Shown here: piece by piece, positions 40,220 to 54,725 of the stretch | Layout of the letters: each line of letters opens with the position of its first letter | Numbering within the stretch: the first letter of the stretch is position 1 | Assembly: GCF_000181795.1 (NCBI RefSeq) | Contig: NW_003526945.1 | Span: 4,448,680-4,510,407, forward strand | Direction of reading: 5' to 3' | Length of the DNA stretch: 61,728 nucleotides | From: Trichinella spiralis | Lineage: Eukaryota | Program-made: the position numbers and the translations under genes | Notes under the pieces: model-generated | Told to the model about the DNA's origin: nothing | Seen by the model: only the letters and a program-made list of their open reading frames with translations | Databases searched by the model: none

Positions 40220-40918
40220 TCAAAGTTTCAGCTTTTCATCTTTTACCTGCTTCAAAAATCCGGCTCGCATGTGTTGAATAATATAAACGGCCAGCATGCG
40301 CCATACCGTTGCCGCCTCTTCTTTGTCCGCGCTGTCGAAGTCGTCCACTTTGGTCATTTGGTGTCGCATGCAGAGGACAATCGCATCTTGGAACGTGTTC
40401 CAGTGATCAATGCGGAAACCACGCTTCGCATATTTGGCATGCTGACGTCCGATGCGTTGGAGAATGTCGTTCAACTTGGCCGGCCAGTCGAGGTAACGAA
40501 GCGCCAACGAAATTACCTGGACAAATTTCAAAGCCTGTGAGCTGAACTGTGGACAGTCCCGTATGTCGCCTGACCAATTGGCAAGCACGGGGAAAAGCTT
40601 CCTGGCGTCGGGCTCGTTGCGAAATATTTCCGAATAAATATCCGTACCGAGCTCGTAGAGCGAGGTGAAGTCGTCCCGCCAACTTTTGAACAACAACGAC
40701 CGCTGGTGAGAAGTCAGCTGCAATTCCTGGGGAGTCATGTCTTCATCGCCCGCTACAAACGCATCCCGCACTCGAGGTGTCACCATCGATACGAACCTCC
40801 TGCGGAAGCGTTTAGAGCCATTTTCAAGCCGCCTACGCACCGGACTGAAGCGGCAGCCAATCGACATCGACATGTTGCTTTCACAGCCATTTTCACTCCT
40901 GCTCGACCGTTGTCCCAT
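40220..40918 (-). CDS. Globin with N-terminal extension and predicted N-acylation; intronless CDS
   Basis: LTSHQRSLLFKSW (A helix), GTDIYSEIF (B10 Tyr), ARKLFP (CD1 Phe), FSSQALKF (E7 Gln), IGRQH (F8 His), W in helices G/H; starts MGQRSS. Confidence 0.9.
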   Translation of the reverse strand: MGQRSSRSENGCESNMSMSIGCRFSPVRRRLENGSKRFRRRFVSMVTPRVRDAFVAGDEDMTPQELQLTSHQRSLLFKSWRDDFTSLYELGTDIYSEIFRNEPDARKLFPVLANWSGDIRDCPQFSSQALKFVQVISLALRYLDWPAKLNDILQRIGRQHAKYAKRGFRIDHWNTFQDAIVLCMRHQMTKVDDFDSADKEEAATVWRMLAVYIIQHMRAGFLKQVKDEKLKL

Positions 40919-43900
40919 CAGTCAGTTTCTACCTCAGCTTGGTTCACCTGGGCCTTTCGAGCATGCAGATCGATCACACGGCTGGGTTCATGGTTTGTGC
41001 AGTCAAATGTGCGAATGCGTTTCACCAATGCACGTCACATGCACGCTCTGCTTGGTCGTCTGAAAATTATCCGTTTGTTACTCAGTCCCAGTCAGAGACA
41101 CATCATTATGCGCTTTTTCGAACCCGTCACTTTGAATACTGCCCTGCTTGCTTGCACAAGCTTGGTCGCACTTGAAAATTCACTTCCATGCGATAGCGAT
41201 TAGTGGGGAATAATTTTAAATCTATTTTTCAAACTTAGCACCTCATTTGTTGCAAAGCAATCGCAATTACTGAAACTCAGACAGGCAAAACAAAAGGCCG
41301 AAGCGTTAATTTTATTCCCTTAATTTTATCCGTTCTCAGTTTTCCAAACGCGAAATTGTCTACACTGCACACCCTGTTTGGTAAGGTTGTCGGTTGGAAG
41401 GGAGCAAAATTTTTTCCTTCCAATTGCACATTCTGCTGGAGCACTTTGGCGCACAATCGAATGGAAAATCTGCAATTTGAAGTCAGTCAGCTTTGCATGG
41501 TCACACCCAGCAATGCTCAATCTGCGTGACCGTGCAAATTATCCAAATAACAATAAAATCGGACTGATGAGCATATTTTGCGGACTAAGTGTTTTTTATT
41601 GTTGTTTTTTGTTTTTTTGCTGCTTTTTCAAGTTAAATTCTCATTATCATTTTGTTTGAAATGGAAATCCTTTCGAATGTTGATTACAGAAACAACCACT
41701 TCACTATTTAGCACGGGGAAAAGGGAAATTTTGTCAAATTGATTCAATCGATTCAATGAAACACCCACCAGCACAAAATGAAAAGAAATCTTCGTCTGAT
41801 TTCGAAGAGAAATATATAAAGAAATGAAAACAAAATACATTTTTATTCATGCAAACTACAGCAATAACTTATTAAAAATCCAATCGAAATGCATGCTTTT
41901 TCTTCTTGTTTTGGAATTGGGAAAGGAAGAAGTCTCTTCATTAATGGCTAATTTAAAAAATAAATAGCACTGCCAAGTGGGGGAAAAGTAAATATTTAAT
42001 TATTATCATCCATTGCAAATATTAATTTACTAAATTTGAATAAATTCAGCACTATCGAATCTACTTCAAGCAATATTCAAAAATGAAAATACCCATTACA
42101 ATTGTTGCAGTTGCTTGATTTCTTCTGCCTTGTGAAGTCGTCAACAAAGGATACACATTCGAAAAGCGCAAGCCGCCGTGCATTCTGTTCTGCTGAACAA
42201 AATGAACATTTGACCAACTGACCGTACTACTAATGCTAACACTTGGTCAAGGTAACAACTTTCAGATTTCTTCCTTTTTAATTTGCCTGTTCCTGCATGT
42301 TGACAACAGTGAAATCCTACTGCTCGGCGTGTGTTGCCTCTCTTAATTGCGCATTTAATCCATCATCAACAACACCACCACTAATTGCAGAAGCAAGAGA
42401 ACATTTCTTTTGTTCTGGCATTACAAAAGAAACAACGAATTGCATTCTGAATATGCTAATTTTAAAAATTATGCAAATATCATTATGCTCGACAAATGGG
42501 GCGATCATTTTTTAAGGTAACTCTGTTGTTGTTGGGCTCAGCATGGAATAAACTTACTTAATTTTAAATTTGTTAATCTCGACTGATTAATTTTTCAAAC
42601 TTTTAATATTTTAAAATATTAACAATTTTTCACTGAAAAGTCATTCAACCAGCACAACACTTCTGAATGTTAACGTAGAAATTGTTGTAATTTAAAATTG
42701 GAAATCATAATTTATTTTTTCCATTTTAAATTCTTGGACATGTAAAATTTTTTTATAAAACTGCACAAGCGCACACACGCACACACCTTACAGTTTTTTT
42801 ATTAAAATAATTATTTGTACATTGTCAGTTTGCTTGCTCATGGAAAAATCTATTGATCAAATGATTAAGTGGTTTTAATAAATTACGCGTCATCGCTTTC
42901 CTGCACTGCTGATTATTAATTTTTATACTTTTCGGAGTCACTCACCGTATAAAATGTGCCAAGTCTAGAAGGAAAATTTAATCACTTATTCAGATTTGCT
43001 GTTTAATAATTCACTGCATTGTAAAATCAGTTTATCAATTATTAACATTCTACTAGCTGTGCTGTGCAAATAATATTAGAGTCGAGCTTCTGAAATGAAA
43101 CTGATTCTGAAAAATTTTATAAAAGAAATTAAAAAAAAATTCTTTAATAAATTACAGTCATTGTTAGGATTGGAATGATTGGAAAATAAAAATCACTGAA
43201 CTGGATATGGAAGAAATCCGAACAAAAATGAATTAAAACAAAGGGGTAATCCAACTAACAGATCATGCGCTTACTTGCGTCTTAGTTTCAATAGCACATG
43301 GCAAGCATGTACCAAAAGAACGGTCCAACACTGGGAAACTAGCTTTCAATAAACTGCTGCAATTGAAGTTAGTAAAATTATGCATTGCATTTATTTTCGA
43401 TGCATATACATAAATAAAAAGCATTTCAGTACTTTAGACCTCGACTTCCGCAGTTATATTATGGGCCACATGCAACATCCGATGCAAATGATTTGGTTAA
43501 TCGATAATTTATACTTTAGTGGCACCACGTGGACAGTGATCAGCTGATATGAAATAGGAAATGAACTTTACATCTAAATGAATTTGTACTCTTCTTGCCT
43601 GCTGCGGTACTTAGTAGCATGCTGAAGAAAGCCACGAAGAAAGAGACGCAACTTTCATTCAGTCTACTTCAGTGATCAATATGAATAATTGCACAGAAAA
43701 TGTCAAAGCATGGAAGGTCTGTGTTGCAAATAATAAATATATATATTTCAACCAAGAAATCAATTATTTCATTAGAGAAATTTACATTGCTCTTCTCTGA
43801 CTGATCGATGTGAATAAGTGAATTTTCTATTTAAAGTGTCAGAGTTCTTTTCCTCTATCAGAGTGAACTTTGAGAATCTTACTAGTTAAAGTTAATCAAA

Positions 43901-46900
43901 TTTTAAGCACTTAATTATACTTGTTTATTTGAGTCAGAAAAGAATTTCACAATGTGCAATGCTTTTAGGTTGATTTTTGAGCTTGAATCTAAAAAGTGGA
44001 TGCACGGATGTATTGATCAATTTTTGCATGGCTTAACTGTTGGAAATTAATTTCAAGTTCAACAGCAACTTCTGCACGAAAAACATCAGTTCATTCCACT
44101 GCAACATTTTAAAGAAAATGTACACTCTTTATATTCAATAATCAGTCAATATAACATGTGATTTTTTCTTTTTCTTATCTGTTAAAAGTTGCAATTACAT
44201 AATGAACTTAATTATTATTATTTAATCACATCTATTTTTGCATTTGCATACTTAAATTGCAAACTGGTGAGATTGTTTTTTTTGCCTTGCCAAATTGCTT
44301 CTTTATTCTTCTAATAATTGTGCAAAAAAATACTAAAAATGGAATAAAATCATATTTTGACATGCAATTTAATGTGCAATCGTAATAAAGCTATGAAATG
44401 TGATCAGCCGCTGCTTTGATTGGTACTGAATTGAAAAATTTAATGAGATATGGCAGCAGAAATTGAAGAAGCAATTTATTGCTTTGAAAACTTCTTATTA
44501 TCAGCAAAACTTTTAAATGGACGATTAAATTTTATTCTACAATCGATATTTTAATAATAAATGCTAAAATTGCGCATCACTTGTAGCTGATTTAGAAAGC
44601 TTGATGCAAAATTTACATTTTCTGAAATTTTGAAATTTCTAAAAATAAAATTAATATTTTGGAAATTTATAAAATTTCTGAATATTAATAATGATTTAAA
44701 TTAAAATGTGATGAGCATTTGATTTTCTTCATTAAGATTGAGTAACATGAATAGAGAAAAGCATTTAATAATAATGATAGAGTTTCTTTTCTACCTACCT
44801 ACCTATCAGCAGCTAATAACGCTTTCCAGTGTTAATCCTTTCGTACAATAGCGTTAATTTGTCTTTTACGTCATTGTTACGTAAATTTGTGACCAGGATA
44901 ACAAGCTGCCTTGAATTGCATTAAATAGTTACTTCTCCATTACAATTCATTGACTTTGTAATGTATCTTAAAGGAATGAATGAACTTTTTTACTTTCTAC
45001 ACGAAATAATTGTTTCCATTCAAGCTAAAACAAACTTCATTTCTGATATCATACATACACACACACACAGAAAAATAAAAGAACTATAAGAAGCATTTCT
45101 TATTATGTATATACATATATATGTATATAGTTTTAGTTTTGAAAATTTACTTTTAAAGATTATTTGTTTTATAAATCAAAAATAAATTCACGTATAAATT
45201 TGCTGTTAGTTTTGCGATTTTTGAAATGAGTTGAAATTGTCCGACTGTTTTTCATAAAATTTGAATAAATTTAATTAAATAGTTGTAAAATTAAATAACT
45301 TCCATGAAATTTGCATTGAATGCAAAACGTTTTTATTAATGAAGACAGTATTTCTAATTTGCACTTCTACTTCAGCGCAGAAGATTACGTGATTGATAAA
45401 TATTAAAAAGTTAAATGTCAGCTTTTTAAAAAATATACCATTTATTAAGTTATTTAAGATATATTATGTTGGCATCATGATTATATTTCTACACATCTCA
45501 TGTATCAGTGCAAAATATTGGTACTGCCAAAAGCAGGACAGAAAATTCAAGATGAGGAACGTGTGCGATCATTTGTTCAGCTTCTCGTTGGAAATACCAC
45601 ATCGGTAAAAATTTGTATAACAGCTAAATTTTGCATTAAATAAAAATTTTGAATTTTCAACTTTATTATTATTCATCTGATTTCAAATTTATTGGATCAA
45701 TTATTTGAGAAGAGCAATTCTGAATAAACATTACAAATGAATCAGCTTTGTGCTTATAATACTGAAGTGTAAGAATGAGAAAATTTGAATATGTTTGTTT
45801 GCACACTTTAATAGCTGAATTTATTCATCGCAAGGATATAAATTTCACGCAGCCTATCTGAACTGCTTACTTCAATGAAAACAGAAAATTATTTGCTTTT
45901 CATGCATAGTTCAATTAAGCAGATTGTTGCGTTTTCACTGACTGATCAAAAGCATTGTTAATGAATTACTGGAAATTTTGCAGTGCCTCTTCAAAGGTAA
46001 GTGACAGTTAATAACTTTTCTAAAATTTTATTTATTTATTTATTCGAAGCATTTCAATAAATTTGAAATATGAACAGTTTTAAGCACACGCGCAAAACAC
46101 AAACTATGATACACCATCATGTAACTTTTTAATATTACATATTATTATATATTTTTACTATATTTTTTTTACAATCATCAGTAAACGTTGTGCAATAATA
46201 TATTACTGTGCTGCTGTAAATGACTAAAAATTCAGATCAGATCGCAACATTTTCAAACTAATCATTTCTGATAGTATACTGTAAAGGTAAACAACTGAAA
46301 TGTAATAAAGCTCATTAAATTAATATGGGTGCATCTAATTTGTAATGCGCTTGAAGACATCTTATTTACTTTGAATTTTGAACTCGAATTTTGAAGCTAT
46401 TCAAAATAATTTGAAACTTTTACCTTTGAAATAAAAGCAATAAAACTTTTTCAAAATGCTGTCTAGCAAAAATTATATTTTTGATTAGCAATGTACCATC
46501 TGATCAGTTCACTTATTCTGTTGAGATGGCCAGTTGATAACTTCGGGTTCACAAAATAAATTCAGTAGTTTAAATGACTTTTGCAACAAGGAAACAGATG
46601 TACATTATTTTTAAGAAATTAAGATTTGCATTTTTCTTCCTTAAGCTATTATCTACTTTCAGTGATTGATTTTCATCATTTTATTTCATGTTTCATTGAT
46701 GGAGAAATGAATTTCTGAATTCGTACTTTAATATAAAAAGTAAATTCCATCAATAGTCTAAAATACTAAGATATTTTCCCACTTGAATTAATTTGATATG
46801 AAACCAATAGCGTCTTCTATGCTTTTCTTTTACTTTTTGGGTTTTCACAAAATTCCCAAAGCTGCAATCAAAACTGCAAGAAGTGCAAAATAATGATCTG

Positions 46901-47458
46901 TCTGAGCAACTGTGTACTTTCATATAATACTACTTCAAAGAAAATTCCAACGTATTCATCAATGCAGTCTTCAAAATTAAAAGCATATATATTTTTGCAA
47001 TGCCAACATTATATTTAAATGCTTCATTTTAAATAGACAATAGTCGTCACATCGTTCATTTAATTATTTGACAAAGAATGCATGTGCATTTGTTATTTGT
47101 ACATTCATGCAAATCAGCACTTTATATTTTTTAAACAAAATATAAGTCTAAACTGATCTGACGTAATTTCTGAAGACTAGTCTGCTCACTTTTCCTATGA
47201 TAATTTTATAGAAGTGACAGGATATTATAGATTTTGCTTTAAATCTCAAAGCAATAGTTTGTTTTCAAATTTAGTAATATAATAAAATGCATTTTAGAAA
47301 ACAATGCTTATCAGAAAAATTTGCATTGAAAATTGTCAAAGAATGTCATTTCAAAAGCTTATGTTTTGCTAATTTATTGACAAATTATTACGCATTAAGG
47401 CATTGGGTTGCTCAAATACTTTTGAGCATTGATAAAGTTTGCTAGAAGTTTAAAAAAT

Positions 47459-49586
47459 CTATTTCACTCCACTTTCTATTCCAAGAAGTACCTGACTAAG
47501 ATCGCAGCAGATTTTGTACGTTTTATCGCAGATATTTAGCTTCTTTGGGCAGATGGTCTCGCACCGAACAGGAGTGCCATCGTTGTTGAACATGGGAATT
47601 CCATAGCGACATTTCGGAACTAAGCAACAAGCAAAATAAATTTTTCAAAAAGTACACTTATAACAAATCATCTCACCAACACATTCAAAGCCGTTAAAAT
47701 AATAATGCTCATTACATTGGCACTTCAAATCTAAAAGAAATAAATGAACTTTATACAAGTTTTATTATGTAAATGCAAGCAAACAATATTGCCTTTGCAG
47801 ATGAAATTTTTGGAAGTGCAATCTCTGTCATCATTGCATTCTTTGTTCAGTTCTTCAAATGCTTGTGTCAGTGATTTTGGTGAAGATGCAGACATGCAAT
47901 ATCCATTTTGATTCACGTAACCTGCTGAGCAAGGTATTGGACAGCAGGTAGGTCTCCATTTGAAATCCCCACCACGGTAGCAATGATGAGTTTCTCTAGG
48001 GCAAAATCTGTAACAATCCATGTCAGCAGCACTATAAGCACTGCCTACGGGGCAAACCGAAGCCATTTTTGGACAGCAAAAGCCTTTCAAATTTTTATTC
48101 AACACATTCTGCGTTTGGGTATTTTGAACAGTATCTGCAACACAGAAAAAATCTTTTGGGCAATTATCGATTTGTCCATCAAGGCGTTGCTCATCGATAA
48201 TGCACTGAAAAAGACGACCATTTTGGATAAGGGGGAAATCAAGTGGACAATTACGTGCTAAAGCATATAACTGTAGTGTGAAAATAAGCGCTAAACATGT
48301 TTAGTACCTCCTGGTTCACACAATCCTCTGTGATTAATAAATTGTGGTCGACAAGTGCACACTCCATTTTTGCAATGCGAATAAGCGTTCTCACACTCCG
48401 ATGATGATAAGCAAGGTTCACCAAGACGCTTTCCTGTAAATGTTCACTTTTTCTCTTTTGCTTAATAGTAGCGTTACTTTTAAATAAGTCGAATTACTGT
48501 AACTGGTATTTATAACGCATCTTTTTTCTAACTGTTCATAACCGGCTACGCACTGACATCTGTAATCAATGCAAGCACTGTACACTGGCCGGCATTGATT
48601 ATACTGCGCATTTGGCATGCATGAATCACCTAATTCTTTTTCTAAATAAGTAAATAAAGCTGTTGAAAGTGCATACTTTCAGATTATACCATATTGATTT
48701 TCTGCGCAACATAATCCTGTCTGTTTATCACATGAATATCCACGAGGACATGTTTTATACGCTGCTGTGACATCACACTGCACCGGAAATCCATTGTGAT
48801 AGAGTGGGTTGCCTCCGCCAGAACAGTATGATTCAGTTACAGAATCAAGAGCACAAATTCTGTTCTTGCAATGCATTTTATTTGGGCATTCTTTGTTTGA
48901 GTGACATGAAATCACTAAAAAGTAAAATTGCTGAAGCTTATTGTGATTTTCAAAAATATACAAATCAAACAAACTGGCAGCTTTCCAGCAGACACCGTAT
49001 TTGCAAATTTGATTAGCTTTACAATCTCTTTGTTGACCACATACTGTATCTGTCGGCTCAGCTGGTGTGCAGAACTGTTGAGCGCACATCATCTGCCCAT
49101 GACATTGTTCACTTTTATTGCAGTGATCACCAATTTCAGTTGCTAAAAATGTCACAACATTCTGTGGTTGAAGGAAAAAGATCATGCATTATGGTTGTTT
49201 ATAGATTGCTTTAAATATCATTTACTTCATTTCATAATTGCTTATTTTTAATAATTGTAATTTTCATTTTCTCACTATTGAGCCACAAATTCTATTCTGC
49301 CTTTCAATATAAAACTCAAAGATAACCAGGGTAAAGCTAAAATTTTTTTATCAACATTAATTTATTATTCATTTCAGTTAACACATTTTACATTATTTTA
49401 ATAAACTGGTGAATATTTCAAAAAATAATTTTAATATTAAAAAATATTAATCTTATTTATACTGTTTTCATTCTTACATTTTACAAGAAACAATCCTGAA
49501 AGAGCAAGCGAAAGAATGAAAAGCAGTGTGCAAAAAGTAAATTGATACTTTACAATAAATAGCCAGAAAAATAAAAAGCAATGCAT
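47459..49586 (-). CDS. Secreted cysteine-rich repeat protein A (EB-module and lustrin/WR1-like repeats), about 8 exons
   Basis: Hydrophobic first exon; repeats GDHCNKSEQCHGQMMC.., CSGGGNP..CPRGYSCDKQTGLCC, CRPVYSACIDYRCQCVAGY, GFCCPK..CPVG, CRYGIP..CDKTYKICC. Confidence 0.8.
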
Positions 49587-51287
49587 TTAAATTAAAATAA
49601 TTTTAGCGTTGAAGCAGTAGCAACTTTTTGATGGTTTTATTTTGTTATTCATAACGCCCTCATGACATTGCAATTTCTTCCAATAGTACTTTGCACCAAT
49701 TAGGTAAAAATTTGTCCATGCATATGAAAAAAAATTTTTAAATAATTTCTAAAATTGTTAAAACAAATTAATTTTATTGTCACTAATTACATTACTGATG
49801 GATAAATAAGTTTCAGAAGCTTTTCTTAGCACAATAGCAGATTGAATAAAAATTTTGCGTACCTCTAGCAATAAAAAGATGAATGTTTAAGAACAAACTT
49901 GCTACCAGTATGGTGTTCATAGATGCACTGTTTTGCAAGATGCAGCTACATGCAGTAATGTACTGAGAAACAATAACGAATGAAGCTATGCTATTGTTTA
50001 GGACAAACTACTATTGCATTATCAGGATACGTTTAGGTTTAGGCTTTACAAAAGGCAACTATTGTTTAGGAGTGAAGAATATATTTATTCTAACACCTGC
50101 TGGGTCAATGTTCCTTTTCAGTGTGTTAAATAAAGGAGGTTAAGAACTTTCCGACTGGCTGATTATTGAGAATCACATGTAAGCTCTATTATTTAGCAGG
50201 AATTATTAGTTCTCTGGGTCGTATCAAAATTTTTCAAATTATACAAACAAAAATTCTACTTTCAATGGTCAATTTAAATCAGTTTAGGTCATGGTACGTC
50301 AACGCTTATGAAATTGATATTGCACTTGCAAAATAACTCAGAGTAATCATTCTTCATAACTGATATTACTAACCAACTAGAAGCTAACCTTAAATATTCA
50401 TTTTAGCTGTATCATTTATTTTGTATACATTTTTACTACACCAACACACGCTTAAAAATACCAATTTTTTATCAAAAACATTTTTTTATTTCAAGAATAC
50501 ATTTATTTACATGATAAAAAATAATATATGGTATACAATATTATTTAATGTAAAAAATTGTTCTATAAAAAAACATATAAAATATTTGAAAATTAACAGC
50601 AACTCGAGCTTGCATACCTGATGCTGTATTTTTAAAAGATCAATATATTTATATTTTAAGAAGTTTTGTTTAACATTAAAAGAGAAACTTTTTTCTATTA
50701 CTTTTTAAATTTATGACATATCTCGAAAAGATTACTCATTTGCTGTTTAAAAATTGTACATAATGTGGTTATTTCAAATATTTATTTTATTGAAAATAAA
50801 TAACATAAAAATTGCTTTGACAGTTTTCACAGCCCTATGTAAGTAAGCTATATTTGAAAATAAAAATATGCATTCAACTGCAGAATTATACAAAATGTAA
50901 AATATTCCATTTATTAAGAAAAAATTAATAATTATTCATAAAAACAGTGCTTTTCAAATATTGGTTGTTTTATTTAGGATAAGTTAAAAAATAATGTTAA
51001 TGATTTGCACACAGTTCATTATCAGCTTGCCTTGCATTACAGAAATGAATCGACTTTTAATTAAAGAAATTTCATTGAATTCAATTGCTCTATATTGAAT
51101 GACGACAAATTCTCCTCTTTGCATAAAGAGTTGCGCAATCAAAATTGTGAAATAATTTTCTTATGTTCATTAGCCAATTAAGTAAATATTTACTGTCTAG
51201 AAGTGCACATAAATCTTTACAAATTTTATTTTCCACTGATTGCTGCATTGTCTTGTCGAGAACTGTCCTATAATTTTATACAGCTTT

Positions 51288-54200
51288 ATGATATCAAAGG
51301 TTGATTTTTATTTTATTCTTCTCCTTCATCTTTCATCATTACAAGATTCTCTTCAAAATGTAGGTATGGTCCCACATGCTACATCTTTTCATTGTTAAAT
51401 ATTTTACAGTACATGTGCCCAATTCATTTCTCAATTCGAATTTTTATTGAAGCCATTTAATATTTTTCATTTAGTCATTGCAAGTGTTAATTTATTATAA
51501 AGAAAGGGAATGCATTTTGACACTTTCACATTTCACTTTGTGTATGTACACTGATTTGTTTACATTGCTATAATTTTCTTAGTTTCTTCTACATAAATTT
51601 GGTTAAGATGAGAGAATAATGTTTAAGCGCCATTTTATTGATAGCAAAATTTTACTTTCTAAATTGCCATTATGAAGTTAAACATTTGGATACAATACGG
51701 AATGAGCACGCTCTCACGTCTCAACTTTTGTCATAACATGTAGCAGATATGTTCATCACTGCATGAAAAATGATTTAAACTTTTTTCATAAATGCCATTC
51801 ACTACCATATGCACAAATTTTTGATATTTTACCGAACTACTATTAACTTCAAGTGTAATTTATTGCTTCAATACTTGCTCTGCATTATTTATTTAGAAGT
51901 CGACGAGTTTCAATGCATAAGCTTCTTTGAAACGTGAAATGCGCTTTTAATCTTGCAAAACTTTTAATGAAATTAAGATTGCATTTATATTAAAAGAATA
52001 GTACATTGACAAAGTGCATAAGTAAAATGATTAAAAAATAAAAAAATACGATAGGAAACATAAATAAGACATGTTATATATGTAAGGAAGACTCCTTAAA
52101 TGAATAAATAAATAAATAAATGATTATGGTTAAAATTTTTAAAAATGTATATACATTTTCTTGGTAATTTGCATCAATAAAGTTTGCATATTATATAAGT
52201 GAGCATGTGAACGCGCATTACCGTGATATAGATAATGGACATGGAAAGCAGCATATATATAACGGCTACATCTTATTGTAAAATGCGATAGTTTTCAAAA
52301 AATATTTACAGCAATGAAAATAAAATTTAACTTCAGCATTTCAATATCCAGCTCCCGGATGCATTCAGATCAAAGTAATGGGTGGTTATTTGACTCCAGT
52401 TACAGGTTGCGTGATACATCCACAAAAGCCATCCCGGGGTCAAAAGTACATTGAACAAGGTAGGAGTGCCAGGAATAAAAAGGTAAAACTTTGGAGGTGA
52501 CTTGTTTTCTTTTTAGTACCACCAAATTTTGACAAACAGTGTAAAATGTATCGTATTTTATGAGCTGCATTTGCAGCAGTTATCAAGAATAGGTTTGAAA
52601 TGAATTTTTAAAGGAAATTTTAAAACGGATAATCACAATTGACAGTCATCAATTAAAGTATTGATCACAGAATGTCAGAGTTATGCATCTGTTTGTTAAT
52701 GAACTTGCTTGTCAATAACTATCGTATAGCAACACACCTTGCCGATGTAACCTATTCATAAAAAATGCCGACTTGATGCGATTGTTTATTTGTAATTAGA
52801 AAATGTAGGTTTAAAACACATTTTAAGGGTTATAATGAGGAAAAATTTAGTGCCTCTTGGAGGAAAATGCTTCCACCATAACGAGTGTCCTGATCAAAGT
52901 ATGTGCGTGCAATTCCGTTGTGAGGTTGCTGAGCCTACTGGCTGGAAATGTGATCAGTATGACCGTTGTGGTCCTGACGAAGCATGCAAACATGGCATAT
53001 GCTTTAAAGTCAACGGTAATAAATTAAAAAAAATTTTCATATAAAGCTTCCACAGAAAAAATTTAGAAAAGTTTTGTAGCAGCGATCGAGACTGCCCAAG
53101 GTACATGTTATGCCGGCGAAATCGTTGTGTACCTGAGAGAGACCATAGAGAAAAGGAAAGAGAAAAGTTTTGCCCAGGAAGACGTAGGCCGTATTTTAAA
53201 GGAAATCATCCTTTGTCCTGTGATCCAAGAGTTACAATTGACATGTGCCCAAAGGGCTTTTACTGTGATCGAAAAACCTCTTATTGTTGTGAAGATTACA
53301 CTGAAGATGAGTACGATTCTGATGGTATGAACTTGCGGTTCTTATCTAGATATAATATTTATCACAAGTGACTTTTGTTCCCTTTTAGTTGACATAGAAC
53401 TTGGAGAGCCATGTACGTATTCAAAAAGACGCAATCCTTGCAGGCCTAAACATTCAGAATGTATCAGATCTGTATGCCGCTGCATTCGTGGATATGTTGA
53501 ACGTGATAGGCAATGCGTTCCAGTGCGAAGTTCCAGTTCTAGTAATATGTCATTTAAATATATTGTTTAATTTTATATAAAAAATTAACTTTTTAGGTAC
53601 ACTTGGAAAATCATGCTCTACAGTGGCTGATTGCAACTTTCCATATGCTCAGTGTGCAAAAGGTGAATGCACGTGCAGATCTGGTTATTTGCTAGATGTT
53701 GACACTTGCAAACCCCAAGGTACTTTTAAAAAGTTTGAAATCATATTTAGCTAAATAATTCGACAAACAAAAATTTTATGATTAATAAGATGATTAAAAA
53801 TTATTCAGAAAATCTTCTACTACGATTTCAGTTAAAAGGAAGCCCGTAATTTATTCAAGGTTTGAAATGAGTTCAACTGTGATTTCAACATGAATTAATG
53901 AAATAGAGACGGAATCTTAAAAAATGTATTTAAGCTGAATTTAAGGATAAGTAAATTCATAAATTTCAGTTTATAATTGTCCCACTGGAGCGCCTATTGT
54001 TATAAACAACAAAGTGGTACAATGCACAGTACAATTCTTTCCTGATCGTGAAGACCCTGAAGATAGTTGTCCAGAAAACACATTTTGTGTTAGCTATGGT
54101 AGTCCACCTGCGAGGAATCGTCATAAACGCTCTTCTACATTAGCAGAAGGATTCTGCTGTCCAAAGATAAATTCCATCTGTCCCGTTGGAGCGCCTCATC

Positions 54201-54725
54201 ATTGTCCAAACGATGACTGCCAGCGACACTGTCCAAAAAATACGCATTTTTGTCACAAGAGTGGTGGTTACGAATGGAAAGAAGTTTGTTGTGATAAGCC
54301 ATGCTTAAATGGTGATGTTTTCGAAAATGGACAATGCGTGCCTGAACGATCAAGCAAAAGATTTTTCGGTGGGCTGCGATGCAGCACAGCAGCTGATTGC
54401 AGATCTGCAGGAATGGTCTGCAGAAATAATGACAAAGGTATCTATTTGTATATGATTTAAATATAAGTATCACTTTAGCTGAATTTTAGCATCTGTTTGC
54501 GTATGTGATCAAGAAAGCATATTTTTGAATGGAAATTGCGTTGGTAATAAATTTAACATCAATTCAGTTATGAACTAAATGTCACTATTTTTAGAGTTAA
54601 AGTGCCCAGTTGGGAAACCACAAAAAACTGAAAATGGAAAGTTTGTTTACTGCAACGGAAGCTGCAGCAACAAGGAATATTACTGTGACGAACAGCTGCG
54701 CATCTGCTGCAGCAAAAGTAAATAG
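51288..54725 (+). CDS. Secreted cysteine-rich repeat protein B, paralog of A, about 9 exons
   Basis: Signal exon MISKVDFYFILLLHLSSLQDSLQNV (51288-51363), phase-1 exon 52337-52459, then GGKCFHHNECPDQSMC.., CPGRRRP..CPKGFYCDRKTSYCC, CRPKHSECIRSVCRCIRGY, GFCCPKINSICPVG; TAG at 54723-54725. Confidence 0.8.

Noticed and set aside
41300..47400. Short ORFs in the long AT-rich interval
   Set aside because: No motifs or consistent exon chain found; treated as intergenic, although a cryptic small-exon gene cannot be excluded.
50031..50070. Telomere-like tttaggtttaggc
   Set aside because: Only two or three imperfect units, compatible with chance.
52672..52746. ATG at 52672 as start of Cys-rich gene B
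   Set aside because: Poor signal peptide and a phase mismatch with the next exon; the 51288 and 52337 exons splice in phase.
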